A stretch of 64,000 nucleotides of DNA. Origin: an uncultured Acidobacteriota bacterium. GTDB lineage: Bacteria; Acidobacteriota; Thermoanaerobaculia; Multivoradales; UBA5704. A program made the translations under genes and the position numbers. Below are positions 20,872 through 30,754 of this stretch, piece by piece. The DNA is taken from contig CAVYRF010000002.1 in NCBI GenBank assembly GCA_963770895.1, positions 4,864,001-4,928,000 on the forward strand. Direction: 5' to 3'. Below the pieces are notes generated by a model, which was given only the letters and a program-made list of their open reading frames with translations, made no database searches and was not told the DNA's origin. Every line of letters starts with the position of its first letter. Positions within the stretch are counted from its first letter, which is position 1.

Positions 20872-22102
20872 GGCGCAGGGCCTCCACCGGGTTCATGTTG
20901 GCGGCGCGCAGGGCGGGGACCAGGCCGAACAGCACCGTCACGCCGCAGGAGAAGACGAAGGCCAGGACCGCGGCCACCGCCGACACCTGGATCTTGAAGT
21001 TCTGGATCAGCAGGCGCGCGGCGATCGGCAGGGCGAGGCCGCCGACGACGCCCAGCAGCGACCCCAGCGACCCCAGGAGCAGCGCTTCGAGCAGGAACTG
21101 GTGCAGGATGTCGCGCCGGCGCGCGCCGACGGAGATGCGCAAGCCGATTTCGCGGGTGCGCTGCTCGACCGAGGCGAGCAGGATGTTCATGATGCCGACG
21201 CCGCCGACCACCACCGACACCGCGGCGACCAGGATGAACACCAGCAGCAGGCCGACCGAGATGGTGTTGGCGACGCGCACCACGGCGCTCATGCTGGTCA
21301 CGTTGTACTGCGAGCCGGGGTGGTGGCGCTCGCGCAGGATCTGCTCGACGGCCGAGACTGCCAGCGGCATCTCGTCGAAGTCGTAGACCTGGGCGAACAG
21401 GGTGTCGATGCGGTGCGACTGGGTGAAGAACCAGCTGGTGGTGATGGGGACGAAGATGGTGTCGGGGGTGACGTCGCCCTGGCCCAGGGTGTCCACCGGC
21501 TCGACGAATTCGCCGATCACCGAAAAGGTCAGCCCGAGCGTATGGATGGTCTTGCCGGCGAGCTGGTCGTCGCCCGGCCACAGCTGGTCGTACAGGTGGC
21601 GGCTGACGATGCAGACCTTGGCCTGCTCGCTCACGTCGTCTTCGTCGAGGAAGCGGCCGAGCAGCACGGTGAGGTTCTTGCGCACCACCGGATAGTTGGC
21701 GGTGGTGCCCAGCACGGTGAGGTTGAGGCTGCGCGCCTGCACCGCCACCTCGCCGTGCAGGATGGCGAGCGGCGTCACGCCGGCGAACAGGTCGTGGCGG
21801 CCCGCCACCGCCGTGGCGTCGGTGTCGCGGATGAAGTCGTCTTCCATCCGCGCCTGGCCGGCGCTGGTGGTGCCGACGTAGGTGGCCCACAGCAGGTGGG
21901 AGCCGACGCCCTCGATCTGCGACATGACGAAGCTGCGGCCGGTGAGGCCCAGCGCCACCACGACGATGATCGCCGCGGTGCCGACGAACAGGCCGATCAG
22001 GGTGAGCCAGGTCTGCAACGGGTTGGTGTGAAAGCGCTGCAGGGCGCTTTCGACCACCTCGGGGCGGGGCAGCCAATCAATGCGGTTTGGCTTCGACGAC
22101 AC
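20864..22102 (-). CDS. MacB/FtsX-type ABC transporter permease (no ATPase domain)
   Basis: LTLIGLFVGTAAII, VGGVGIMNILLASVEQRTREIGLRISVGARRRDILHQFLLEA, LFGLVPALRAANMNPVEALRHE; start uncertain (GTG 22102 or the ORF-track start 22150). Confidence 0.88.
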   Translation of the reverse strand: MSSKPNRIDWLPRPEVVESALQRFHTNPLQTWLTLIGLFVGTAAIIVVVALGLTGRSFVMSQIEGVGSHLLWATYVGTTSAGQARMEDDFIRDTDATAVAGRHDLFAGVTPLAILHGEVAVQARSLNLTVLGTTANYPVVRKNLTVLLGRFLDEDDVSEQAKVCIVSRHLYDQLWPGDDQLAGKTIHTLGLTFSVIGEFVEPVDTLGQGDVTPDTIFVPITTSWFFTQSHRIDTLFAQVYDFDEMPLAVSAVEQILRERHHPGSQYNVTSMSAVVRVANTISVGLLLVFILVAAVSVVVGGVGIMNILLASVEQRTREIGLRISVGARRRDILHQFLLEALLLGSLGSLLGVVGGLALPIAARLLIQNFKIQVSAVAAVLAFVFSCGVTVLFGLVPALRAANMNPVEALRHE

Positions 22103-23375
22103 GGGCGTCTTCCACAAGCGTGGGCGGTCCCTCGATGACCACCCTCTCACCCTCCCGCAGGCCCTGCAGGATCTCCACCTGGTAGAGACCGATCAGGCCG
22201 ACCGACACCTGGCGGCGGCGGGCGTGGCCCTGGTCGATGGCGTAGACGTAGCGCGCCGGCGTCGGCGCGGTGCCGCGATCGTCGCCGCTCGCGGCGGTCC
22301 CCGCGGCGGTCGAGCCGTCGGGCAGGCCGCCGTCGTGGTCGGTTTCGCGGTGCAGCGCCGAGCGCGGGATGCTGAGCACCGCCTGCTTTTGCGCGATCAC
22401 CACCTGGACGTCGACGGCGGCGTTGGCCGGCAGGCTGTGCACCGGATCGGCCAGCTCGCCGAGGATTTCGCCCACCTCGCGGCCGCCGGCTTCGCGCAGG
22501 CCGGTGCCGACCCGCCGCACCGTGCCGTCCCATTGGCGGTCGGGCAGGCCGTTGAAGGTGACGATGAGCCGCTGGCCGACGGCGACGCGCGGCAGATCCG
22601 GCTGGTCGACGCGGCAGCGCACGTGCGGGTGGTCCGGATCGGTGACGCTCGCCACCAGCTGGCCGGGGGTGACCTTTTCGCCGGCGGTGCGCGGCAGGCC
22701 GTAGACCATGCCGGCGGCGGGGGCGCGCACGACCAGCGCCGCCACGCGCCGCTCCAGGTCGGTGGCGGCGCTCTGGGCCAGCGCCAGGCGGGAGCCGCCG
22801 CGGCCGGCCGGGCCGGGATCGGCGGCGGCGGCGCCGGTGGCGGCGGTGGCGCCGGCGGTGGCGGGCGGGCGGTGCAGCGAATCGAGGCGCGCGGCGGCGT
22901 CGCGGGCGCGGTCCTGCGCCTGCTCCAGGGCCAGCTGGTCGGCGTCGACGGTGGCGCGGTCGATCGCCCCCTGGGCGAGCAGCCGGCGGTCGGCGGCGAC
23001 CTGCTGGCGGCGGTAGTCGGCTTCGTGCCGCTCGCGGTCCAGGTCGGCGGCCGCCCCCGCGGCGTCGGACCCCAGCTGGCTGACTGCGGCGCGCGCGTCG
23101 CGGGCGTGCCCCACCAGGTCGGGATTGTCCAGCGTCAGCAGGACCTGGCCGGGGCGCACCGTGTCGCCTTCGTGGACGGCGAGCGAGGCGACGGTGCCGC
23201 CGTCGGCGGAGCGCAGCTCGCCGCCTTCGGGCGGCTCCAGCCGGCCGTCGCAGAGCACCCGCACCAGCAGGTCGCCGCGGGTGACCGGCGCCGTCTGCAC
23301 CGGCACCGCGCGGCGGCGCCAGACGACGATGCCGATCGCCACGGCGATCGCCGCCACGATCAGCAGCACCGCCAC
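22077..23375 (-). CDS. Efflux periplasmic adaptor (MacA/HlyD-like membrane fusion protein)
   Basis: N-terminal TM, lipoyl-like halves (GTVASLAVHEGDTVRPGQVL; VRAPAAGMV), coiled coil, IPRSAL, VEILQGLREGERVV; start may be 23465 (see findings). Confidence 0.85.
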   Translation of the reverse strand: MAVLLIVAAIAVAIGIVVWRRRAVPVQTAPVTRGDLLVRVLCDGRLEPPEGGELRSADGGTVASLAVHEGDTVRPGQVLLTLDNPDLVGHARDARAAVSQLGSDAAGAAADLDRERHEADYRRQQVAADRRLLAQGAIDRATVDADQLALEQAQDRARDAAARLDSLHRPPATAGATAATGAAAADPGPAGRGGSRLALAQSAATDLERRVAALVVRAPAAGMVYGLPRTAGEKVTPGQLVASVTDPDHPHVRCRVDQPDLPRVAVGQRLIVTFNGLPDRQWDGTVRRVGTGLREAGGREVGEILGELADPVHSLPANAAVDVQVVIAQKQAVLSIPRSALHRETDHDGGLPDGSTAAGTAASGDDRGTAPTPARYVYAIDQGHARRRQVSVGLIGLYQVEILQGLREGERVVIEGPPTLVEDARVVEAKPH

Positions 23376-23461
23376 GGCGGCGCGGCGCCAGGGGCGCCGG
23401 CGGCGCCGCTCCGGCCGCTCGGAGGGGTGTCCGAGGAGCGGTGGGGTCGGGCGGTCGGCGC

Positions 23462-26362
23462 TCAGAACTGAACCGTCAGACCGAATCGCAGCAGGCGCGG
23501 GTCGCTACGCAGGATCGGCTGGCCATAGGTGGGGTTGGTCTGGGTGCCGTTGTCGGACTGGAAGCCGTCTTCGTTGAAGAACGGGTTGACGCGCAGCACG
23601 GTCTGGTGGTTGAACACGCGGAACAGGTCCAGAACGGCGTCGACGCGCACCGGGCCGGCGAGGATGGGGTAGTCGGCGTGCAGGTCCATGTCCCAATCCG
23701 CCGGTGTCCGGCCGTTGCTGCCGCGCGGGTCCAGGAACAGCGGCACCGGCTCGCCGTTGACCAGCGCAAACGAGCCGAGTTTATCGATCGGGATGCCGCT
23801 ACGGAAGTAGGCATTGATGCCGGCGTTCAGACCCCACGGGAAAGTGTAGAAGCCGGTCAGCTTCGCCTGGTTGGGCCGGTCGTTGGCCAGGATGCCGTAG
23901 GCGTTCTGCAGCAGCCCCGGATAGTCGAAGTCGAAGCTGTTGTGGGGGGTGGCTTCGCCCAGCTCGTTGTAGTCGCCGTCGTAGTTGCCGCGCAGGCGCG
24001 AATAGGTGTAGGACGCGAGCACCCAGGTGCCGGGCGAAAAGTGCTGCTCGGCCGACAGGATCACCGCTTCGTAGGTGCGGCGCGCCCGCGGCAGCGGCTC
24101 GCACCCTTCGCTGGCGCGCCCCTCGGTGGGGTTGAGGCCGTTGGTGCACAGCAGCGGGCCGCTGAAGCCGGGCGGCAGCTGGGCGTCGCTGAAGTCGCCC
24201 AGGCCCCAGGGGCTGAGGCCCGGATTCACCAGGGCGCAGCCGTTGGAGGTCAAGGCCAGGGCGGCGGCGTTTCCCTGCAGGTCGCAGCGGTCCTCGACCG
24301 CGCGCAGCAGGTTGGAGTAGACGCCGGTGATGCCGACGGTCAGGTCCTTGGTCAGGCTGCGCTTGTAGCCGAGGTTCCACTCCTCCTGCTCGGGCGCCTT
24401 GAGCTTGGGGTCGGCGGGCTCGGTGGTGGTGTTGGGGAAGCTCTGGCAGTTGACCGAGGTGGGACCGCAATCGAAGGTGAAACCGGCCACGTCGGTGATG
24501 CTCAGGTTGGTGCCTTGAAAGGCGCCGGCCTGGATGTTGAGCGGCAGAGCTTCGTAGAACAGGCCGTAGGACAGGCTCACCTTCGACTTGCCGTCGGACA
24601 TCGGGTCCCAGGCCAGGCCCAGGCGCGGCGCGTAGTTGCCGGACAGGTCGGTGATCGTGGCGCCGGTCACCGCGTCCTTGAGGATGAACTGGTCGTAGCG
24701 CAGGCCGGCGTTGACCGTCAGGTTGGGCAGCGCGTTCCAGGTGTCCTGGGCGAAGAGCGCCAGGTTGTCGGTCTTGGGGTTGCCGGACACCGAGGGCACC
24801 ACGTGACCGGAGCCGAAGTCGCCGGTCGAGTCGCCGAACCAGTTCTGGGTGTAGAGGGTGGTGCCGTTGGCCAGAGCGCTCACCACGCGGTCGTAGCCGC
24901 CGGGGATCTGCTGGGTGACGGTGCCGGACAGGATCTGATAGTCGATGCCGACCTTCACCTGGTGCGGTCCGAAAAAGCCGGTCATCGAGCCCTTGGCGTC
25001 GCGCCGCGAATAGTCTTCCTCGACCAGCGGCGTGCTGCCGGGCAGCGGGATGAACACCCACGGAGCGCCGGTGTAGCAGCCGGGGAGGTTGCAGGTCGCC
25101 AGGTTGAGGGTCGGCACCTGCGCCGAGTCGCTGGTCAGGAACGGCGGCTGGAAGACCGGCGTGACGTCGTTGCGCTCGCGGTGGTCGTAGAGCGCGATCT
25201 CCGCCAGGAACTTGTCGGTGACGCCGTTGGCGATCAGCGAGAAGTCGGGGCGGCCGGTGCCGATGGTGATCTGGCGGCTTGCGGGCGGTCCGTCCTCGAC
25301 CAGCTGGGCGTTGTTGCGGCTGGGGTCGCCGATCATCGACGCCACCACGTCCACCTGGTTGGTCGGCGTCCAGGTGAGCTTGCCCGAGAACAGGTCCTGC
25401 GTCTGCTGCTGGGTAGGGAAGGTGGTGCCGTCGTAGGGGCTGCCCGAACCGGTGGTCAGCTTGGTGTCCTGGGTGCTCTGGGTGCGGTCGTAGACGCCGA
25501 AGAACCACAGGTGGTCCTTGACCAGGAAGCCGCCCAGGCTGGCGCCGTAGTCCTGGTTGTTGAAGCCGGCGAAGCTGCCGAGCGTCGAGCCCGGCTTGCC
25601 CTTGGCTTCCAGGTCCTGGTTGTCGAAGTAGCCGAACACCTCGCCCTTGAGCTTGTTGCCGCCCGAAGGGGTGATGGCGTTGATGATGCCGCCCAGGGAG
25701 TGGCCGAATTCCGCCGAGTAGTCGGCGGTCTTGACCTCGACCTGTTGCAGGAACTGCTCGGGCACCACCTTGACCGCCGAGCCGACCTTGATGCCGGTCA
25801 CGTCGACGCCGTCGATGAGGTACTGGTTTTCCAGGCCGGTGGCGCCGAACACCGAGATGTTGCCGCCGTTGTCGAGCGTCACCCCCGGTTCGAGCAGGGC
25901 GACGGCGGTGTAGTCGCGCGACAGCGGCACCTTTTCGAAGACCCCGGCGTCGATCGTGTGCGACACCTCGACCGAGTTGGGGTCGATGCGCGGCGCGACG
26001 CCGGTGACGGTCACCTGCTCGGCCAAGGCCGGCGCCAGGTGGAAATCGGCGCGCGTGGTGGCGACCAGCGACACGATCGCCGCCGTCGACTGGGCCGCGT
26101 AGCCCTGCAGCTCGGCGCGCACCGTGTAGTTGCCGGGCGGCAGAGCCGGCAGGCGATAGTAGCCGGAGCGGTCGGTTTCGCCGACTCGCGGGGTGGGAAT
26201 GGCGCCGGCCGCGGACACCGTGACGCCGGGCAGCGGCCCGCCGTCGGGTCCGACGATGCGGCCTTCGATCGCGCCGGTGGTGGTCTGGGCGGTTGCGGCG
26301 GCCGCGGCCAGGATGCAGCCGGCCAGCCACAGGCAGACGACGGATCCTCTCCTCACGCGCAT
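23462..26362 (-). CDS. TonB-dependent receptor, Oar-like, with N-terminal carboxypeptidase-regulatory-like domain
   Basis: ATG 26362 after AGGAGG; signal ..ATAQTTTGAIEG; PLPGVTV, ENQYLIDG, YSAEFG...GGIINAIT.SGGN, AQDTW..NLTVNAGLRYD; C-terminal RFGLTVQF. Confidence 0.88.
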   Translation of the reverse strand: MRVRRGSVVCLWLAGCILAAAAATAQTTTGAIEGRIVGPDGGPLPGVTVSAAGAIPTPRVGETDRSGYYRLPALPPGNYTVRAELQGYAAQSTAAIVSLVATTRADFHLAPALAEQVTVTGVAPRIDPNSVEVSHTIDAGVFEKVPLSRDYTAVALLEPGVTLDNGGNISVFGATGLENQYLIDGVDVTGIKVGSAVKVVPEQFLQQVEVKTADYSAEFGHSLGGIINAITPSGGNKLKGEVFGYFDNQDLEAKGKPGSTLGSFAGFNNQDYGASLGGFLVKDHLWFFGVYDRTQSTQDTKLTTGSGSPYDGTTFPTQQQTQDLFSGKLTWTPTNQVDVVASMIGDPSRNNAQLVEDGPPASRQITIGTGRPDFSLIANGVTDKFLAEIALYDHRERNDVTPVFQPPFLTSDSAQVPTLNLATCNLPGCYTGAPWVFIPLPGSTPLVEEDYSRRDAKGSMTGFFGPHQVKVGIDYQILSGTVTQQIPGGYDRVVSALANGTTLYTQNWFGDSTGDFGSGHVVPSVSGNPKTDNLALFAQDTWNALPNLTVNAGLRYDQFILKDAVTGATITDLSGNYAPRLGLAWDPMSDGKSKVSLSYGLFYEALPLNIQAGAFQGTNLSITDVAGFTFDCGPTSVNCQSFPNTTTEPADPKLKAPEQEEWNLGYKRSLTKDLTVGITGVYSNLLRAVEDRCDLQGNAAALALTSNGCALVNPGLSPWGLGDFSDAQLPPGFSGPLLCTNGLNPTEGRASEGCEPLPRARRTYEAVILSAEQHFSPGTWVLASYTYSRLRGNYDGDYNELGEATPHNSFDFDYPGLLQNAYGILANDRPNQAKLTGFYTFPWGLNAGINAYFRSGIPIDKLGSFALVNGEPVPLFLDPRGSNGRTPADWDMDLHADYPILAGPVRVDAVLDLFRVFNHQTVLRVNPFFNEDGFQSDNGTQTNPTYGQPILRSDPRLLRFGLTVQF

Positions 26363-26633
26363 CCAACACCTCCTGGAAAGCAGCATCGGAACCATCGCGT
26401 TTGCGTTCGCGGATGCCACCCCGGCCGCGTCGGGTCGCGACGGCGGCGCAAGGCGATGGGCCACACGGCTATACAGCGTACACTTTGCCAGCTGCCGAAT
26501 TGTAGCACGCTCTGGCGCTTGAGTTTAGCGGCGGTTGCGCGCGGCGCCGAGGCGGCCGCGGCGGCGGCCTGGGCGCGCGCGGCGGGACCCCCGCGCCGGC
26601 CGCGGTGGGGAGGTGCGGCGGTGCGCTCCGCCG

Positions 26634-27483
26634 TCAGGGTTGCAGCTGGTACGGGCGCAGAGCGGCCGTCGCCTGGGCCATCGCCTGGCGCGCGGCGCCC
26701 AGGTGCGCCGCCTGGTCGTCGGCACGCCCGACCAGGCAGGAGTTGGCCGCCGCCTTGATCTCGCCGTAGGCGTTGGCGAGCGGCTGCGAGATGGCGGTCT
26801 GGGGGGCCGACAGCGCCTGCGGATCGGACGCCAAGGTGTCGACCGCGCTGCGCAGGTCGGTGCAGGCGTGCTGCACCCGTTGGGGGTCGGGCGGCGTCGC
26901 CTGCATGGCCATCCCCAGCTGGCCCAGGGCCAGGCGCACGCCGGCGGAGCGCGCCCAATAGGCCCGGTGCCAGCCGCGCACGGCGCGCTCGGCCTGGTCG
27001 CTGTCGGTGACGGTCGAGGGCGTCGCGGCGCCGAACGCGCGGCATCGTCGTGGTCTCGCCGGTGCGGGTGCGGCGCCAGTTTTGGATGTCGCGCTCGTTC
27101 TGCTCGGTCTGGCGCAGGTGCTCGGCCCATTGGGCGCGTTTGCGCGCGATCTCGTCGGGCGACGCCGGCGCCACGTCGTGCGGCGCCGGCAGGTCCGTCG
27201 AGACCGGCGTGGGTTTGAACGGATCGGTGGCGGGCGGCGCCGGATCGGGCGGGGTGGCGACCGTTGGAGCGGCGACCGTCGGGGCGGCGGCTGGGGCTGA
27301 GGCGGACGCCGCGGGGCTGCTGGCTCCGGCAAGGGCGGCCTCCCGGTCGCTGTGAGCCCAGGGGGTCGGGTGCGTATCGCAACCGGCAATCGCCAGGGCC
27401 AGCAGGAGCGGCACGGCGCTCAAAACCACCGGCGCGAGCCAGGCAGCGCGTGAGCGAGGCATCGACCTATTGAACATTTTCAT
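26634..27483 (-). pseudogene. Putative lipoprotein split by a single frameshift near 27040 (real or sequencing error)
   Basis: Lipobox LAIAG-C and Pro/Ala linker in the 26353..27483 frame; helical two-Cys domain (AFGAATPS...YQLQP) continues in the 26634..27389 frame after ATG CCG C GCG TTC. Confidence 0.6.
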
Positions 27484-27613
27484 TCTCCCGTTGCGACGAC
27501 GACATCGGGGACGGCAAAACTCAAATGCTCCAGACGCGATGCATCACAGTATATGCTATCGACGAACAACTGAGCCAGGCTTCCAGGACGTCGGCAGGTA
27601 TCCGGGAGGTACC

Positions 27614-30600
27614 GTGCAGGGCTATCGAGAACCGGCCGCCGGGCGGCCATGGTGGGCCGCTTTGCGGCTGAGGGCGACGCGGGCGGTGCTGCTGGCGCTC
27701 GCCTGCGCGCTGGCGATGGCGGGTGCGGCAGCCGCGGCAGGCCAGACCGACCTGGCGGCGGCGGCGCCGCGGCCGCTGAGCGATGCGGAGCGGCAGGCGG
27801 TGCAGCTCGCCGCCGAGTACATGACGCGGGGCGCCGACGCCTGGTGGCCGCACCTGGCCAGCACGTCGTGGCTGCGGGGGCTGGGGAGGGATGCGGCGCT
27901 GGCCGAGATCGAGACCCGCGCCGGCACTCCTCCCGGCTCCCGTTGGACGCTGGTCGCCGTGCCGGCCAACGTCGCCGCCCACACCGCCGCCTTTGCCGTC
28001 GAGTTTCCCTCCGGCACCGACGAGACCCTCTGGCTGGACCTGACGCAGGAGGCTGGCGGGTGGAAGATCGCCGCGGTGCGCATTGCCGCGGAACCGCTGG
28101 ATCGGCAGGCGGCGGCGGAGGCGGGAGCGGCCGCCGGCGCCGTGGGAGCGGTGGGGGGTACGCCGGGTGCCGCGGCGGCGGGTGGTGGGTCGGCGGACAG
28201 CGGCGCGGCGGGCGGCGGCATGGCGCGCGGCGGGGGCGCCCTGCTGGGCGCCGGTGCCGCCGGCGTCGTCGGCCTGCTGGTGCTGGTGGCCGGGCTGGTG
28301 CTGTCGCGGCGGCGGCCGGTTGCGGCGGCGCCGGCGTCGCCTCCGTCGCGCGGCTCGTTCGTGGCGATGGCGCCGCCGCCAGGCCCCTGGTGGGCCAAGG
28401 CACTGGCGGTTGGCGGCGCCGTCCTGATCGGGCTTGCCGGCCTGCGGGTTGCCACCCTGGCCGCCGGCGGCGAGCTGCGCGCCGACCTTGCCGCCCTGAC
28501 CGGCCGGGCGAAGGCGGCGCCGGCGGTTGCCGGCGGCGCCGGCTCCACGGCCGATGGCGCCGGCGCCGGTGCCGGCGCTGGCGACGCGTCGGGGCCGGTC
28601 GCCCTGCGCGCGCTGCTGCCGCTGCGCCGCGCCATCACCCAGGCGGCGGTGTCGCCCGGCGGGGCGGCGGCCGGCGCGGCGTCCGGCTCCACCCTGGCGG
28701 CGGTCGCCACGGCGGTACCGGCGCCGGTGTCGGCGGTCTCGGCGGGGGCGGCTGCCGCGGCGGGCTCACCGGCGGCGCCGGCGCAGGACGCCGGCGCGGC
28801 GGCCGACGCGGCGCTGGATGCGCTGGCCGCGGCGGCGGCGCCCGGCGATCCGCTGGCGTCGCCGGCCGGGCGGGTGGCGCTGGTCTGGCGCGCGCAGCAC
28901 CGCATCGACCGCGCCGACCTGGCGGGCGCCGCGGCCCTGCTCAGCCGGCTGCCGCACAGCCGCTCGACGCCGCTGGCGGAGCTGCTGCGGGCGCGCCTGG
29001 CGCTGCTGCGCCTGCAGGGCGTGGAAACCGGCGTGGCCTACGAGCGGGCCATCGACGCCGGCGTGGTCAACGAAGGCTGGCTGCTGGAGGCGATCGGCGC
29101 GCTGTACATCCTGGGCTTCGAAGAGACCGCCAAGCAGTACCTCGACCAGCTGGCGGCGCTCGGCGCGCGCGGCGCCGAAACGTGGTACGCGCTGGCCGAC
29201 CTGGCACTGATCGAAAATCGCAACGACCAGGCGCACCGCCTGTTCCGCACCGCCTGGCAGCTCGAACCGCTGTCGCGCGCAACGCTGCTGTCGCGCGAGC
29301 TGAGCGCCTTCATGCTGCAGGACCGCGATCTGCGCCGCATGCTCGCCCTGGGCGCCCCGACCGAGCCGGGCGTCGTCTGCCCCGGCGAATCGGGCCGGCC
29401 GCTGCAGCTGCCGGCCGGCGTCGGCGCAAGGCTCCTGGGCGGCACCCTGCGGCTGCGCGCCGGCACGGCCGAGGTCAAGGTGCCGGATGCCTGCGACCTG
29501 GCGCCGGCGGCGACGCCCCACGATTCCGCCGTCGCCTGGCAGGAGGAGCGCGAGAACGAAGCGCTGGCGCGCGTCCCCGAGCTGCGGCGCACCGCGGCCA
29601 GCGCCGCGGCGCTGGCACAGCCGGTGCTGCGCCGCCAGACCGAGGAGGCCGCGGTGGCGCTCGCCAACCGCCTGCGCTGGGCGGACCTGATCGAGATCAC
29701 CCAGAGCCTGGCCCTGCCGGCGGCGATCCTGCCGCCCGACCTGGCGCGGCTGCGCGCGACGGCGCTGTCGCACACCGGCCGGGACCCGGAGGCCCGGCAG
29801 TTGCTGGTGCGCGTCGCGCTGGGCGACAAGGTGAACCGCCGCGCCGACCCGGGCGTCCTGTACCAGCTGGCGGACCTGGTCGAAAAGGCGGGTGATTTCG
29901 ATTCGGCGCTGCGGCTGGTGGCCAAGGCCAACTCCGAGCTGCCGTCGCCGCCCAGCGGCGACCGCCAGCTACAGCTGCAGATGGAAAAGCGCCTGGCGTC
30001 GTCGCTCGACCAGTTCAAGAGCCAGCACTTCCTGGTCAACTATCCGACCTCGCGCGGGCCGGCGTTCGGCAAGGAGGCGGCGCGCATCCTGGAAGCCGAG
30101 CGCAAACGCCTGCAGCAGTGGATCCCGATCGGCGACGGCGGACCGCCGATCGACGTCCGCCTGCTGCCGTTCAGCGACTTCGAGATGGGCTACTCCGAGG
30201 GCGGCGACGTGCTGGGCCTGTTCGACGGCGTGGTCCGCCTGCCCCTGGGCAGCCTCAAGGTCTTCGGCCCCTTTGCCGTCTCCATCCTCAGCCACGAGCT
30301 GGCCCACGCCATGCTCGCGCAGCGCACCGGCGACCGCGCGCCGCACTGGTTCCACGAGGGGCTGGCGCAGCACATCGAGATGCACAGCGAGGGGCGCGTC
30401 AATCCCATCGGCGACTACCGCGACACCGACCGGCTGCTGGCGTTCCCGCTGCTCGAGCCGGCCATCTCCAGCTTCGCGTCGATCGTCTGGGTCACCGCCG
30501 CCTACGACGAAGCCCTGTGGACCCTCAACTACATCGAGAGCCGCTACGGCATCGCCGGCATCCACCACCTCGAAGACGAATTCCGCGCCGGCCGCACCAC

Positions 30601-30748
30601 CCCCGAAGCCATCTCGCACGCCCTGGGCACGCCCATCCAGCGCTTCGACCAGGACCTCTGGGACTGGTGCCTCCACCAGGCCCCGCGCGCCTACCACCTG
30701 GACCTGGTCCGCTACGACGGCGGCGACGCCGACCCCAAGAGGTTCTGA
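27614..30748 (+). CDS. Membrane-associated TPR-like protein with C-terminal peptidase MA-like (gluzincin) domain
   Basis: GTG 27614 after GGGAGG; signal-like N-terminus, two further hydrophobic segments, helical repeats, HELAH (HExxH) followed by PHWFHEGLA. Confidence 0.75.
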   Translation: MQGYREPAAGRPWWAALRLRATRAVLLALACALAMAGAAAAAGQTDLAAAAPRPLSDAERQAVQLAAEYMTRGADAWWPHLASTSWLRGLGRDAALAEIETRAGTPPGSRWTLVAVPANVAAHTAAFAVEFPSGTDETLWLDLTQEAGGWKIAAVRIAAEPLDRQAAAEAGAAAGAVGAVGGTPGAAAAGGGSADSGAAGGGMARGGGALLGAGAAGVVGLLVLVAGLVLSRRRPVAAAPASPPSRGSFVAMAPPPGPWWAKALAVGGAVLIGLAGLRVATLAAGGELRADLAALTGRAKAAPAVAGGAGSTADGAGAGAGAGDASGPVALRALLPLRRAITQAAVSPGGAAAGAASGSTLAAVATAVPAPVSAVSAGAAAAAGSPAAPAQDAGAAADAALDALAAAAAPGDPLASPAGRVALVWRAQHRIDRADLAGAAALLSRLPHSRSTPLAELLRARLALLRLQGVETGVAYERAIDAGVVNEGWLLEAIGALYILGFEETAKQYLDQLAALGARGAETWYALADLALIENRNDQAHRLFRTAWQLEPLSRATLLSRELSAFMLQDRDLRRMLALGAPTEPGVVCPGESGRPLQLPAGVGARLLGGTLRLRAGTAEVKVPDACDLAPAATPHDSAVAWQEERENEALARVPELRRTAASAAALAQPVLRRQTEEAAVALANRLRWADLIEITQSLALPAAILPPDLARLRATALSHTGRDPEARQLLVRVALGDKVNRRADPGVLYQLADLVEKAGDFDSALRLVAKANSELPSPPSGDRQLQLQMEKRLASSLDQFKSQHFLVNYPTSRGPAFGKEAARILEAERKRLQQWIPIGDGGPPIDVRLLPFSDFEMGYSEGGDVLGLFDGVVRLPLGSLKVFGPFAVSILSHELAHAMLAQRTGDRAPHWFHEGLAQHIEMHSEGRVNPIGDYRDTDRLLAFPLLEPAISSFASIVWVTAAYDEALWTLNYIESRYGIAGIHHLEDEFRAGRTTPEAISHALGTPIQRFDQDLWDWCLHQAPRAYHLDLVRYDGGDADPKRF

Positions 30749-30754
30749 CCGGTC

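Noticed and set aside
23441-26758. 1,105-aa plus-strand ORF
   Set aside because: Antisense to the TonB-dependent receptor
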